DNA of 48,321 nt, taken from contig DASUVJ010000032.1 of the NCBI GenBank assembly GCA_036378995.1, positions 1 through 48,321 on the forward strand, given 5' to 3'. The notes under the pieces were generated by a model. It saw only the letters and a program-made list of their open reading frames with translations, ran no database searches and was not told the DNA's origin. Made by a program: the position numbers and the translations under genes. Positions 1-8,737 of this stretch are shown piece by piece. The DNA comes from Candidatus Saccharimonadales bacterium (GTDB taxonomy: Bacteria; Patescibacteriota; Saccharimonadia; Saccharimonadales; Saccharimonadaceae). The first letter of the stretch is position 1. Each line of letters begins with the position of its first letter.

Positions 1-488
1 TTAGTCGGATCGGTGATATTTAATTCATCAAGAAAATCGTTCGTCTGCTGAGATGAGATCATCCGAAGTACTATGTGCTGGACACGCGAACGAATGGTCG
101 GCAGTAGCTTCTCGGGGGTATGCGAAGTAAGGATAAAATGAATATTGCTCGCTGGTTCTTCTAGTAACTTCAAGAAAGCATTCGAGGCGGCCTGGCTCAT
201 ACGGTCGGCGTTATCAATAATGACCACGTGGCTTTTTGTCTGTTTTGAACGGGTCTGCTCGTAGAGCTTACGGATCGTTTCGGCTGTAATGGTGCCGTTT
301 TCGGGGTCTGAGTGCCCTGTTTTATCATGCGGAATAATAAGGGATGCAATATTTTTGCCTGCCAGTGCCGTCGCTGCTGTCTGTAGTCCTACGCCGTGCG
401 GGCCGGATAACAGTAAGGATTGCGGTAGTTGTCGCGCCAACGAGTCGAGAGTCCGTTTTGTTTCTGGATGGTAAATAAATACCGCCAT
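1..488 (-). CDS. holB: DNA polymerase III delta-prime (clamp-loader AAA+) N-terminal part; the gene continues beyond the window start
   Basis: Absent from the ORF track because there is no stop inside the window. Hand translation from ATG 488 gives MAVFIYHPETKRTLDSLARQLPQSLLLSGPHGVGLQTAATALAGK...VVIIDNADRMSQAASNAFLKLLEEP...LLPTIRSRVQHI. It shows a degenerate P-loop, LKLLEEP and TIRSR sensor motifs typical of HolB. Confidence 0.8.
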   Translation of the reverse strand, partial: MAVFIYHPETKRTLDSLARQLPQSLLLSGPHGVGLQTAATALAGKNIASLIIPHDKTGHSDPENGTITAETIRKLYEQTRSKQTKSHVVIIDNADRMSQAASNAFLKLLEEPASNIHFILTSHTPEKLLPTIRSRVQHIVLRMISSQQTNDFLDELNITDPT

Positions 489-491
489 AGA

Positions 492-1652
492 TTACTTGCC
501 CTCAAATTTTGCGGCAAAATCCGCAGGAACCGGCGCTTCGAATACCTTGCGGTCACTCATCGGAATGGTAATCTCTAGTTTTTGTGCGTGGAGGTAGAGT
601 CGATCGGCAGCCTTGCCGTATACACGGTCACCATGAATAGGTGCGCCAAGGTACTGTAAATGGACTCGCAGCTGATGCGTACGGCCTGTGACGGGTCGGA
701 GTTCTACCAGGCTCAGTTTGTCATTCGTAGTAAGTACAGTGTAGTTAGTGACAGCCGGTTTGCCTTTTGCATCGACACGGAAGGTGCTCGGTGCGGACGG
801 GTTGCGGCCAATTGGGAGATCTATCTTTGCGGAATGATTTTTTAAGTGCCCATCAATAACGGCAATATAGGTTTTCTTTGTTTTACGGTCGGCAAATTGT
901 TTTTGCAGGAGCGTTGCCGTTTGCTCATTGCGGGCGCCGATCATGACGCCGCTCGTGTCTCGGTCGAGACGGTGTACGATACCTGGGCGATTTGTATCAA
1001 GTCCTACGCTCGTAAACCGTCGGAAGAAATCTGCAACGGTAAATTCATCGTTCAGCGCGCCCTTGCTGTGTGTTAAAACGCCAACCGGCTTATTAATGAC
1101 GACCACATTATCGTCCATATAGAGAACGGGCAATTCATATTCGCTGAAGTCGGTCTCATTTGGTACGTTCAAGGCAATATCGTCGGACTCGGTGACATCC
1201 TGCTTTGGTGAGGTCTTGACCTCACCGTTCACGCTAATGTGACCAGCTTTAATATGTTTTTGCCAGGTGCTCCGCGAGGTATCTGGATACCGCTCTGCAA
1301 GGACGGTATCAAGACGCTTTTTGTGTGAAATAACGGCGAAGAGATAAACCTCCTTGCCCTTAAACGGTAAGGCATAGGTGGTCAGATGGTCATTCGGATT
1401 CTCTAGTACTTCGCCCTGAACATCCTGTTTTGCCGTATGGATCTGATCGAGAATATAACTTGTATTATCCTCTGCGGTATCATCAAAAAGAATGTAAAAG
1501 GCACGCTTGCCAAACCGGAATGAGACAAGTGTGTTCTTTGGGTCGGGATGCGAGTAGGTAATATGCTCTACATGTCGCGGAACATGTTCATCTCCGGCAA
1601 CTTCGAAGCGCCGTAAAATAGCAATAATGTCACCTGCAGAAACCTTAACCAT
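492..1652 (-). CDS. rluD: RluA-family pseudouridine synthase (RluD-like) with an N-terminal extension of about 110 aa
   Basis: 386 aa. An S4-like segment (RLDTVLAERYPDTSRSTWQKHIKAGHISVNG) is followed by the catalytic HRLDRDTSGVMIGARN motif. The start overlaps the trpS stop. Confidence 0.85.
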   Translation of the reverse strand: MVKVSAGDIIAILRRFEVAGDEHVPRHVEHITYSHPDPKNTLVSFRFGKRAFYILFDDTAEDNTSYILDQIHTAKQDVQGEVLENPNDHLTTYALPFKGKEVYLFAVISHKKRLDTVLAERYPDTSRSTWQKHIKAGHISVNGEVKTSPKQDVTESDDIALNVPNETDFSEYELPVLYMDDNVVVINKPVGVLTHSKGALNDEFTVADFFRRFTSVGLDTNRPGIVHRLDRDTSGVMIGARNEQTATLLQKQFADRKTKKTYIAVIDGHLKNHSAKIDLPIGRNPSAPSTFRVDAKGKPAVTNYTVLTTNDKLSLVELRPVTGRTHQLRVHLQYLGAPIHGDRVYGKAADRLYLHAQKLEITIPMSDRKVFEAPVPADFAAKFEGK

Positions 1653-2692
1653 TAGTTACTCCCTGGGCGGAGGCCGACAGCCTGCTGGACACGAAGTAGT
1701 GTTTCTTTTGCTGTTGCGCCTACGGCTGCTTCCGACTGCTCAAGTTTGCGCAGAATCGTTGCATCGTCTACATTTTGAAGCCGTGCCTGGAAGTCTGTCA
1801 GAAATGCTGCCACTTCGTCGGCTACTACTTTTTTAAAGTCCCCATAGCGTGTCTGACCTTCAAATTCTGCAATAACATCCGACAGCTTTGTACCACGAAG
1901 AAGTGCAAGAATCTCTAGCAGGTTGCTGATACCCGGGCGCTCGATGCGGTCAAAACGAACTTCTGCGAAGTCATCTGTAGTCGCTGACATAATCTTTTTA
2001 GCGGCAGCCTGAGGATCGTCGCCTAGGAAGATCACTCCTTTGCCGGTATCATCCGACTTGCTCATCTTTTTGGTCGGGTTGACGAGGTCTTTAATACGAA
2101 GCCCTTGATCTTTGCCGAAGAACTCGTGCTGGTCTTTGACGGCTTCTGGAATAGTAAACATATCACCAAAGCGGTTATTGATTCGCATGCCAATGTCTCG
2201 AGCGAACTCCAGGTGCTGCGATTGGTCGTCGCCAACAGGCACGTATTTTGCATTGTAGAGCAGAATGTCCGCGGCCATAAGTACCGGATAGTTAAAGAGA
2301 CCCACGCTCGTACGATCGGCGCCAATAGAACCTGACTTGTCCTTGAACTGCGTCATGCGGCTCATCTCACCAAAGCCGGTAAAGCAGTCGAGAATCCATG
2401 TCATCTCGCTGTGTGCCGGAATGTAACTTTGACGATAAAGATGAATACCGTCATTATCAAGCGGTAAACCTGCGGCAACAAAGAGTCGTGCGTTATGGAG
2501 GATTTGGTCGTAAAGCTGCGAGTGGTCGATCGGTGTCGTAAAGCTATGTAAATCGGGGATGAACATGTTGATTTGGTAGTCGGCCGACTTTGTCTTGACC
2601 ATGTCGATCATCGGCAAGATGGCGCCAAAATAGTTGCCGATCGTGAGGTCGTTGTTGGCGCGGAGGCCAGTGAGGATTACGGGCTTTGTCAT
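1652..2692 (-). CDS. trpS: tryptophan--tRNA ligase
   Basis: Same frame as track ORF 1652..2920, but the best start is ATG 2692, which has GGAGA upstream. The protein starts MTKPVILTGLRANNDLTIGNYFGA (HIGH-type region) and contains the KKMSKSD (KMSKS) loop. Confidence 0.9.
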   Translation of the reverse strand: MTKPVILTGLRANNDLTIGNYFGAILPMIDMVKTKSADYQINMFIPDLHSFTTPIDHSQLYDQILHNARLFVAAGLPLDNDGIHLYRQSYIPAHSEMTWILDCFTGFGEMSRMTQFKDKSGSIGADRTSVGLFNYPVLMAADILLYNAKYVPVGDDQSQHLEFARDIGMRINNRFGDMFTIPEAVKDQHEFFGKDQGLRIKDLVNPTKKMSKSDDTGKGVIFLGDDPQAAAKKIMSATTDDFAEVRFDRIERPGISNLLEILALLRGTKLSDVIAEFEGQTRYGDFKKVVADEVAAFLTDFQARLQNVDDATILRKLEQSEAAVGATAKETLLRVQQAVGLRPGSN

Positions 2693-2702
2693 ATTGTCTC
2701 CA

Positions 2703-3392
2703 TTATACCTTATAGGCCTTAAAACCGAGGTAATCGGTGTGCTTTTTATAAGAGTTTTCGCCAACAAGCACCGGGTAAAACCCAGCCTTTGCTCTATGAA
2801 AGTTTTTGAGCAGCGCGGCTTCTTGCTCGGACAACTCTGATTTACGAAGAAGCGCCGAAACTTCGTAGTATTCTTTTTTAGTTTCGGAGGTCCTATTTGT
2901 AATGAAACGCTCGATGTCATCGACTAAACTTCTTAGCAGCGTCTGGTCAATTTCATCTCTGTTAACTTCGATCGAAATGGCAGTCTTTAAAACACCGATG
3001 AGCGAGGAGCGGACGATGTCGTGATTCATGTGTACTATTTTTGAAACGCTTGATGCATCAATAAAAGGATGTGAGATGCTTGCCGTGATCAGACATGGCG
3101 GCTGAACACATGTCGTAGTATGAAGATCCAGTACTAGGTCGTAACTCCCCTGCTCGATGAATGCCAATATCTCACTCGCTCTCCTTTCTTCGAATGTCGC
3201 ATGTTTGCCGTTATAACTGCGGTTCAGGTCGGATTCAATGAACCGGATACCCCTTTTCTTTGCTTCGGGATTACCGATAAGAAAGTCAACATGCTCAAGC
3301 ATGTCGGGACGGTTATGTCTCAGGTAGTCAAAAAGTGTATCACCGAGCGGCTCGTCACCATGCTGGGACCCTAGTAAAAGTATCTTTTTCAT
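2703..3392 (-). CDS. succinylglutamate desuccinylase/aspartoacylase (AstE/AspA) family metallohydrolase, short form
   Basis: 229 aa: MKKILLLGSQHGDEPLG ... NPEA ... ESDLNRSY. The HxxE zinc ligand and DLNR pattern fit the family. GGAGG lies upstream of the start. Confidence 0.55.
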   Translation of the reverse strand: MKKILLLGSQHGDEPLGDTLFDYLRHNRPDMLEHVDFLIGNPEAKKRGIRFIESDLNRSYNGKHATFEERRASEILAFIEQGSYDLVLDLHTTTCVQPPCLITASISHPFIDASSVSKIVHMNHDIVRSSLIGVLKTAISIEVNRDEIDQTLLRSLVDDIERFITNRTSETKKEYYEVSALLRKSELSEQEAALLKNFHRAKAGFYPVLVGENSYKKHTDYLGFKAYKV

Positions 3393-4001
3393 TTGTTGCC
3401 TCCAAGTTCAACTCGCACGGCAAGTGCGGAGTTTTTGTCTTCTAATTCTTTGCAGCGTTGCTTTAATATGACGCCTCTGTAAATTCTGTCGGCCGGGTCG
3501 TCGGCGCCATAAAGCCCGTGAGGGGCGTAGCGTCCGATATGATAGAGGATGCCATCTTTGCCCACCGTTGCATGCGGAATGAGCAATGCTGTCTGTTCTG
3601 GTGATTCGTACTCGATCACATCGGAAACAAGGCCGACGTTCCCGAGTACTCGCAGTAATGCGGGGTTTCTAGTGTAGGCAATCAGCGCTTCAGGTGAATA
3701 TTCGTCAATAAATTCTTTAACGAGTGATGTTCCTATGCCTTTTGCCTGGCTATCTGGACGTGCAATGATCCCCGCGAGTTCAATTGCGTGGTTGCCAAAG
3801 AGGCCTCCGATAGGCAGCGAATGCAAGAAGCTCTTGGTTACGTCGCATAACCTGAAGGACGTCTGCCCCGAGCAGGTGATCCTCGGTATCCTGTAAGTTA
3901 TGCGCATCGTTTTCGCGGCCAAACCCTGCTGCAGTTAGTTCGGCTGCCTGGGATAGCTCGTGCGGCGATAAAGTTGTTATTGTTTCAATTGAATATGGCA
4001 T
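3389..4001 (-). pseudogene. GNAT-family N-acetyltransferase split by a 1-nt frameshift near 3809
   Basis: Track ORF 3780..4001 (MPYSIETITTLSPHELSQAAELTAAGFG...ELLAFAAY) supplies the GNAT N-terminus. Track ORF 3389..3922 supplies the rest in another frame (..GGLFGNHAIELAGIIARPDSQAKGIGTSLV, motif A). Skipping one base at about 3809 joins them. Confidence 0.6.
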
Positions 4002-4023
4002 GATGCCTCCTTTTTGATAATTT

Positions 4024-4055
4024 AAAAGACCGTCAAGGTATAGTGACGGTCTTTT
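4024..4055 (-). terminator. intrinsic terminator hairpin just upstream of the GNAT RBS
   Basis: aaaagaccgtca (4024-4035) pairs with tgacggtctttt (4044-4055), giving a 12-bp stem with A/T runs on both sides. Confidence 0.7.
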
Positions 4056-4080
4056 CGATACATTCTAAGGCGTTTAAAAA

Positions 4081-4134
4081 ACACGGAACAAACCGTCACG
4101 TAACGTGAGGCTTTGCCAAGACTGGATTCCGTGT
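4081..4134 (-). promoter_or_regulatory. long hairpin with a U-run downstream of the hydrolase gene; possible first terminator or attenuator element
   Basis: acacggaa (4081-4088) pairs with ttccgtgt (4127-4134). On the minus strand a T6 run follows. The loop contains the TCACGT-a-ACGTGA palindrome and GTGACGGT, which is complementary to the left arm of the 4024-4055 terminator. Confidence 0.45.
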
Positions 4135-4185
4135 ATCAAATTCATGATAATTTGTTTATATCATAAAAAAGAGCAGGCTGTAAAG

Positions 4186-4995
4186 TTACTTCGTATCGAT
4201 AACGTTTCGCACGGCATCTTGTACCGCCCCGACATAGAGTCCTTTTACCTCGTGTCCTGCAAGAATCTGACTAAAAGTAACATTAGGATTTTGTTTCATA
4301 ACTTCTTTAAGATTCTTCTTTATTACGACAGGATCAAATCTGCCGTGAATAATATGCGTAGGCAGACGGAGGCGCTTGGCGTCTTCAAGAGATGTCTGGT
4401 TAATGATACTTGCCTCGAGTGCGGCAACATATGAATCGACATTGTCGCTCGTAACGTCGAACGCTTTGTTGACGAGGCCATATTTTAACGCCAGGGCTGA
4501 TATCTTTACGATCTGATCCGGGTGCTTTTGGGCGGCGACGTACATGTTGCGAAGCACCTTATCGGGATTAGACAAGATGAGCTTCGTTTCGCGGTTACTA
4601 TAAAACGGCGGACTGCACAGAATAAGCGATTTTATAAGCAGTGGATAGCGTTTTGCAGTCTCAACGGCAACGAGCGCACCGAGCGAATGTCCGACCAGAA
4701 TAACACGGCCTCTAAGGCGCAGTTTTAAGATTGTCGCCACAACTGATCGGGCCTGTGTTTTAGCGCTGTACACCGCCCAGGTCGGCCTTGGAGAACGGCC
4801 AAAGCCGAGAAGATCAATCGTGACGATGTCGACATCCTTGGAAAGATCTTTAATAACTTCGTCCCACATGGCGCCCGATGCTCCAATGCCATGAATAAAA
4901 AGAACAGTCGCCTTAGGTCGCTTTACACGCTTACGTAAGCGGACATTCAATGTATATGGAACCCTTAGCCACCGATGGAGCGCATCGTTCCACAT
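4186..4995 (-). CDS. alpha/beta-fold hydrolase
   Basis: 269 aa. Contains the nucleophile elbow VGHSLGALVA, an HGIGASG oxyanion region and a C-terminal His (LAGHEV). Confidence 0.85.
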   Translation of the reverse strand: MWNDALHRWLRVPYTLNVRLRKRVKRPKATVLFIHGIGASGAMWDEVIKDLSKDVDIVTIDLLGFGRSPRPTWAVYSAKTQARSVVATILKLRLRGRVILVGHSLGALVAVETAKRYPLLIKSLILCSPPFYSNRETKLILSNPDKVLRNMYVAAQKHPDQIVKISALALKYGLVNKAFDVTSDNVDSYVAALEASIINQTSLEDAKRLRLPTHIIHGRFDPVVIKKNLKEVMKQNPNVTFSQILAGHEVKGLYVGAVQDAVRNVIDTK

Positions 4996-4997
4996 GA

Positions 4998-5204
4998 CTA
5001 TTTATTTTCGGTCAGATTGGTGATTTCGCCGGTCAAAGAGTCTTTTGTTTCAACGACTTGCTCTTGAAGTTGCGCGACTGTATCGGTTGCCTCGCTTTGG
5101 ACATCCGTGATACTTTGAACGGTATCACTCAGCGTGCCGGTAATCTCGGTCTTGATGTCATTTACTTCGCGGGCAATGCCCATGATGTCGTCGAATAATC
5201 CCAT
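4998..5204 (-). CDS. small acidic coiled-coil-like hypothetical protein (68 aa)
   Basis: Its stop lies 2 nt before the hydrolase start. A TATACT -10 box (5211-5216) sits 6 nt upstream of the ATG. Composition is Thr/Glu/Gln-rich. No family recognised. Confidence 0.5.
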   Translation of the reverse strand: MGLFDDIMGIAREVNDIKTEITGTLSDTVQSITDVQSEATDTVAQLQEQVVETKDSLTGEITNLTENK

Positions 5205-5210
5205 GTCATT

Positions 5211-5250
5211 AGTATATCATTTGGCCAGGTTGGTCGCTACAAGGTATGAT
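5211..5250. promoter_or_regulatory. back-to-back -10 boxes for the divergent 68-aa ORF and the glycosylase gene, both leaderless-type
   Basis: On the minus strand, TATACT (5211-5216) lies 6 nt from ATG 5204. On the plus strand, TATGAT (5245-5250) lies 6 nt from ATG 5257, with TTGGCC (5221-5226) 18 nt upstream. Confidence 0.5.
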
Positions 5251-5256
5251 AAAGAG

Positions 5257-5883
5257 ATGAAATGGGAAGAAACGTTAAAACAAGGGATGGATCATCTACG
5301 AAAGAATGACCCTACCCTGCGTCCTGTCATCGACGCCTATGGGCTGCCGACATTTAAGCCGCACGGCAACTACTATCAGGAACTTGTCGAAAGTATTATT
5401 AGTCAGCAACTAAGTGTAAAAGCTGCTGCGACTATCAATGGCCGATTCGTTGATCTGTTCGGACACTTCCCTCTTCCTGAAGAAATCCTCTCTAAAACTA
5501 CCGAGGAGCTTCGCAGTGCGGGTTTAAGCGGCCAGAAGACAAGGTATATCTGTGACCTCGCACAGCGCGTCCTAGACGGCTCAGTACGGTTTGACCATCT
5601 GGACGGCCTAACCAACGAACAGATTGTTAGCGAGCTTACGGCCGTTAAAGGTATCGGCGAATGGACGGTGCATATGTTTTTACTGTTTTGTATGGGCCGT
5701 TTGGATGTGCTCGCCTATGGAGATTTAGGCGTGCGAACGGGCGTGATGAGACTCTATGGCCTCGATACCCTTCCCGATAAGTCCGTCATGCAGGCGCTTG
5801 CTGATCAAAACAAATGGACACCCTACCAATCGCTAGTAAGCTGGTACGCCTGGAAAGTTCTCGATAACGAACCAAAATTATAA
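5257..5883 (+). CDS. HhH-GPD superfamily DNA glycosylase (3-methyladenine glycosylase II / AlkA-like)
   Basis: Track frame 5134..5883, with best start ATG 5257 (MKWEETLKQG..). Contains the helix-hairpin-helix LTAVKGIGEWTVHMFLLF followed by the catalytic Asp region (AYGDLGV). Confidence 0.8.
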   Translation: MKWEETLKQGMDHLRKNDPTLRPVIDAYGLPTFKPHGNYYQELVESIISQQLSVKAAATINGRFVDLFGHFPLPEEILSKTTEELRSAGLSGQKTRYICDLAQRVLDGSVRFDHLDGLTNEQIVSELTAVKGIGEWTVHMFLLFCMGRLDVLAYGDLGVRTGVMRLYGLDTLPDKSVMQALADQNKWTPYQSLVSWYAWKVLDNEPKL

Positions 5884-5888
5884 TAATT

Positions 5889-5921
5889 AAAATACTCCCC
5901 GGGTCAACCAGGGAGTATTTT
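5889..5921. terminator. bidirectional intrinsic terminator between the convergent glycosylase gene and rpsI
   Basis: aaaatactccc (5889-5899) pairs with gggagtatttt (5911-5921): 11-bp stem, 11-nt loop. Confidence 0.85.
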
Positions 5922-5939
5922 GTTGTACCAAGATGCGGA

Positions 5940-6338
5940 TTAACGCTTTGAGTACTGTTCGCGCTTACGAGCAGAACGAAGACCGTATTTCTTGCGTTCT
6001 TTTTCGCGTGGGTCGCGGCGCAGGAACTCTGCTTTCTTCAATGTAGATCGAAGATCACCGTGACCTGCGGTAAGTGCTTTTGCGATAGCCAGTTTGATCG
6101 CGTCAACCTGGCCGGCAAGACCACCGCCGTTTACACGGACTGTAACGTCAAACTCTTTTTGCTTGCCAACGAGCGCTAGTGGATCAGTGACTTCAGCAAG
6201 AAGGGTTTTGTTTTCAGAAAGGTAGTCGCTGGCAGGCTTGTCGTTGATCGTCACGTTACCTTTACCTGCGTACAGACGTGCGCGGGCGGTAGCGCTTTTG
6301 CGGCGACCAAGGCCGTAGAAGTATTTACCTTCAGCCAT
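5940..6338 (-). CDS. rpsI: 30S ribosomal protein S9
   Basis: 132 aa. GGGLAGQVDAIKLAIAKAL and the RKREQYSKR C-terminus; follows rplM. Confidence 0.97.
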   Translation of the reverse strand: MAEGKYFYGLGRRKSATARARLYAGKGNVTINDKPASDYLSENKTLLAEVTDPLALVGKQKEFDVTVRVNGGGLAGQVDAIKLAIAKALTAGHGDLRSTLKKAEFLRRDPREKERKKYGLRSARKREQYSKR

Positions 6339-6340
6339 GA

Positions 6341-6781
6341 TTATTTAACCTCAACTTTCTCTGGGGTCTGTGCAGTGTGGGCGTGCTCGCTGCCTACGAA
6401 GACCTTCAGACGTTTCATGCGCTCAGAAGAGAGCTTGTTCTTAGGAAGCATACCCTGAACAGCGTTTTCGATGATTCGTTCTGGGAACTTTTCACGTACT
6501 TCTGCAAGAGTTGCGTCCTTGATTCCACCAGGGAAACCACTGTGGCGGTAATAAATCTTGCCAGTTTCCTTGTTTCCGGTAACAACAACATCTTTTGCGT
6601 TGATAACTACAACGTAGTCACCGCCGTCGATGTGCGGAGTAAAGCTTGGCTTGTACTTACCGGTCAGGTAGGTTGCAATTTGAGTCGCAACACGACCTAG
6701 TGGAGCTTCTGATGCGTCGATCAGGATCCAGCGGCGAGATACTTCGCTTGGCTTCTGTGAGTAAGTTTTTGCGTTAACCAT
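6341..6781 (-). CDS. rplM: 50S ribosomal protein L13
   Basis: 146 aa. RWILIDASEAPLGRVATQIA signature; forms the rplM-rpsI pair. Confidence 0.97.
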   Translation of the reverse strand: MVNAKTYSQKPSEVSRRWILIDASEAPLGRVATQIATYLTGKYKPSFTPHIDGGDYVVVINAKDVVVTGNKETGKIYYRHSGFPGGIKDATLAEVREKFPERIIENAVQGMLPKNKLSSERMKRLKVFVGSEHAHTAQTPEKVEVK

Positions 6782-7173
6782 TACGCCTTTACCTCCTCGC
6801 GGGCTACTGCCTTAAGTTCGTCAACGAACTCAATACTTGCCATCTGAGCACCGTCACCGATGCGAAGACGGGTACGCGTAACGCGTACGTGACCGCTGGT
6901 GCGCCCACCCAGTTGTGGTGCAATCTCGTCAACCAGTTTAAAAGCTGCTGCCTGGGTTGAGAGAGCTGCAATCACCTGGCGTCGGCTTGCAAGGTCGCCC
7001 TTCTTAGCTTTTGTAATAACTTTTTCAATGTAACGCACTAGCTCTTTGGCTTTTGGAAGCGTCGTCTCGATCTTGCCATGCTCGACGAGACTTGTTGCCA
7101 GGCCTTTTAGCAGTGCGCGGCGCTGGTCACGTTCGCGACCAAACTTGCGCCCTTTGTATCCGTGTCGATGCAT
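6781..7173 (-). CDS. rplQ: 50S ribosomal protein L17
   Basis: 130 aa. MHRHGYKGRKFGRERDQRRALLKGL; follows rpoA. Confidence 0.97.
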   Translation of the reverse strand: MHRHGYKGRKFGRERDQRRALLKGLATSLVEHGKIETTLPKAKELVRYIEKVITKAKKGDLASRRQVIAALSTQAAAFKLVDEIAPQLGGRTSGHVRVTRTRLRIGDGAQMASIEFVDELKAVAREEVKA

Positions 7174-8096
7174 TAGAGTTCAAGCTCCGCTAGTTTATCT
7201 TTTACTTCATCAAGAGCCTTAGAACCAAAGCCCTTAAGTTCGCGCAGATCCTGTTCGCTTAGTGTCACGAGGTCGTGAACCGTGCGAATGTCGTTGTTGA
7301 TCAGCGCGTTTGCTGTACGAGCGGTCAGGCCGAGCTCTTCGATTGAAGTGTTCAGTTCGCTGACTTCGTCGTCGCTTTCCTGGCCAAGTGCAGGTGCTGC
7401 CTCGACAGTCGTGCTGCCTGCAAGCGCAGTGTACTGGTTAACCAAGATAGCCGCTGCTTCTTCGAAAGCTTCGCGTGGAGTGATTGTACCGTCAGTTTCA
7501 ACGATAAGACGTAGCTTGTCCAGGTTAGTTTCCTGGCCAACACGCGTGCCGTCAACCTTGTAGCGTACGCGAAGAACTGGAGTAAAGACAGCGTCAAGAG
7601 CGATCATGTCGCTGTGAAGACGGTCTTCGCTTGATTCTTCGATAGTGCGGTAACCACGGCCAGCTTCTGCAACGATGTCCATAAGAAGTGTCTTCTTTGG
7701 GTCGTCGATAGTTGCAATGACCTGTTCTGGGTTGATGACTTCAACGTCGGCAGTCGTCTTGATGTCGGCTGCGGTAACAACACCAGCACCCTTCTTTTCA
7801 AGACGCAGTTCAACAGGCTCGTCAGTGTGTACTCGTAGGCGGACGTTCTTGAGGTTAAGCATGATGTCAACGACATCTTCCTTAACACCTTCGATAGTCG
7901 TGAATTCGTGCGATGCACCTTCAACGCGGAAGGCTACAAGCGCACCACCCTTGATGCTCGAAAGCAATACACGGCGAAGGCTGTTACCGAGGGTAAAGCC
8001 GTAGTTGGCGTAAAGAGGTTCGATAACAAACTCGGCCTCGTTAGCGCTCAATTCGTTCACTGCAGCAAGTGCGGGGTTGTGAATTACTTTTGACAT
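7173..8096 (-). CDS. rpoA: DNA-directed RNA polymerase subunit alpha
   Basis: 307 aa. N-terminal domain FVIEPLYANYGFTLGNSLRRVLLSSI and C-terminal HhH domain LGLTARTANALINNDIRTVHDL. Confidence 0.97.
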   Translation of the reverse strand: MSKVIHNPALAAVNELSANEAEFVIEPLYANYGFTLGNSLRRVLLSSIKGGALVAFRVEGASHEFTTIEGVKEDVVDIMLNLKNVRLRVHTDEPVELRLEKKGAGVVTAADIKTTADVEVINPEQVIATIDDPKKTLLMDIVAEAGRGYRTIEESSEDRLHSDMIALDAVFTPVLRVRYKVDGTRVGQETNLDKLRLIVETDGTITPREAFEEAAAILVNQYTALAGSTTVEAAPALGQESDDEVSELNTSIEELGLTARTANALINNDIRTVHDLVTLSEQDLRELKGFGSKALDEVKDKLAELEL

Positions 8097-8116
8097 TTCT
8101 TATCTCCTTACCCTTT

Positions 8117-8734
8117 TTAGCGTGAGTAGTACTCAACGATTAGCTGCTCATTGATGTCGGCTTCTGCTTCTTCGCGCTTTGGAAGACCCGTTACTTCGAT
8201 CGTCAGCTTCTTTGCATCGCTTTTCAGCCAGCTAAGAGGACCTTGGATTGAATTTTTAACGACATCGTCAATTTGCGTAAAGTAACCAGATTTAGCGCTT
8301 TTTGGACGTACAGTCAGGACGTCGCCAGCTTTCAGACGGATTGATGGAATGTCAACGCGGCGGCCGTTCAGCATAAAGTGACCGTGACCAACCAGCTGAC
8401 GTGCAGCACGGCGGCTTGTGGCAAAACCAGCGCGGTAAACAGCGTTGTCAAGGCGAAGTTCTAGCAGCTGAAGCAGGTTCTCGCCAGCAAGACCTTGCTT
8501 GCGGGTAGCTTCGTTCATAAGACGTGCGAACTGCTTTTCAAGCAGACCGTACGTGCGGCGAACCTTCTGCTTTTCACGGAGCTGTGTAGAGTAAAGGCTC
8601 GCTTTACCTTGGCGTCCGTGTGCGTGCTGGCCTGGAATACCAGTCTTCTTAGCCATGATTTTGTGTGCTTTAGGGTGAAGCGCGTAACCTTCGCGGCGAC
8701 TCTGCTTCACAATAGGCGAAGTATCTCGTGCCAT
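8117..8734 (-). CDS. rpsD: 30S ribosomal protein S4
   Basis: 205 aa. S4 domain RLDNAVYRAGFATSRRAARQLVGHGHF. Confidence 0.97.
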   Translation of the reverse strand: MARDTSPIVKQSRREGYALHPKAHKIMAKKTGIPGQHAHGRQGKASLYSTQLREKQKVRRTYGLLEKQFARLMNEATRKQGLAGENLLQLLELRLDNAVYRAGFATSRRAARQLVGHGHFMLNGRRVDIPSIRLKAGDVLTVRPKSAKSGYFTQIDDVVKNSIQGPLSWLKSDAKKLTIEVTGLPKREEAEADINEQLIVEYYSR

Positions 8735-8737
8735 GGA

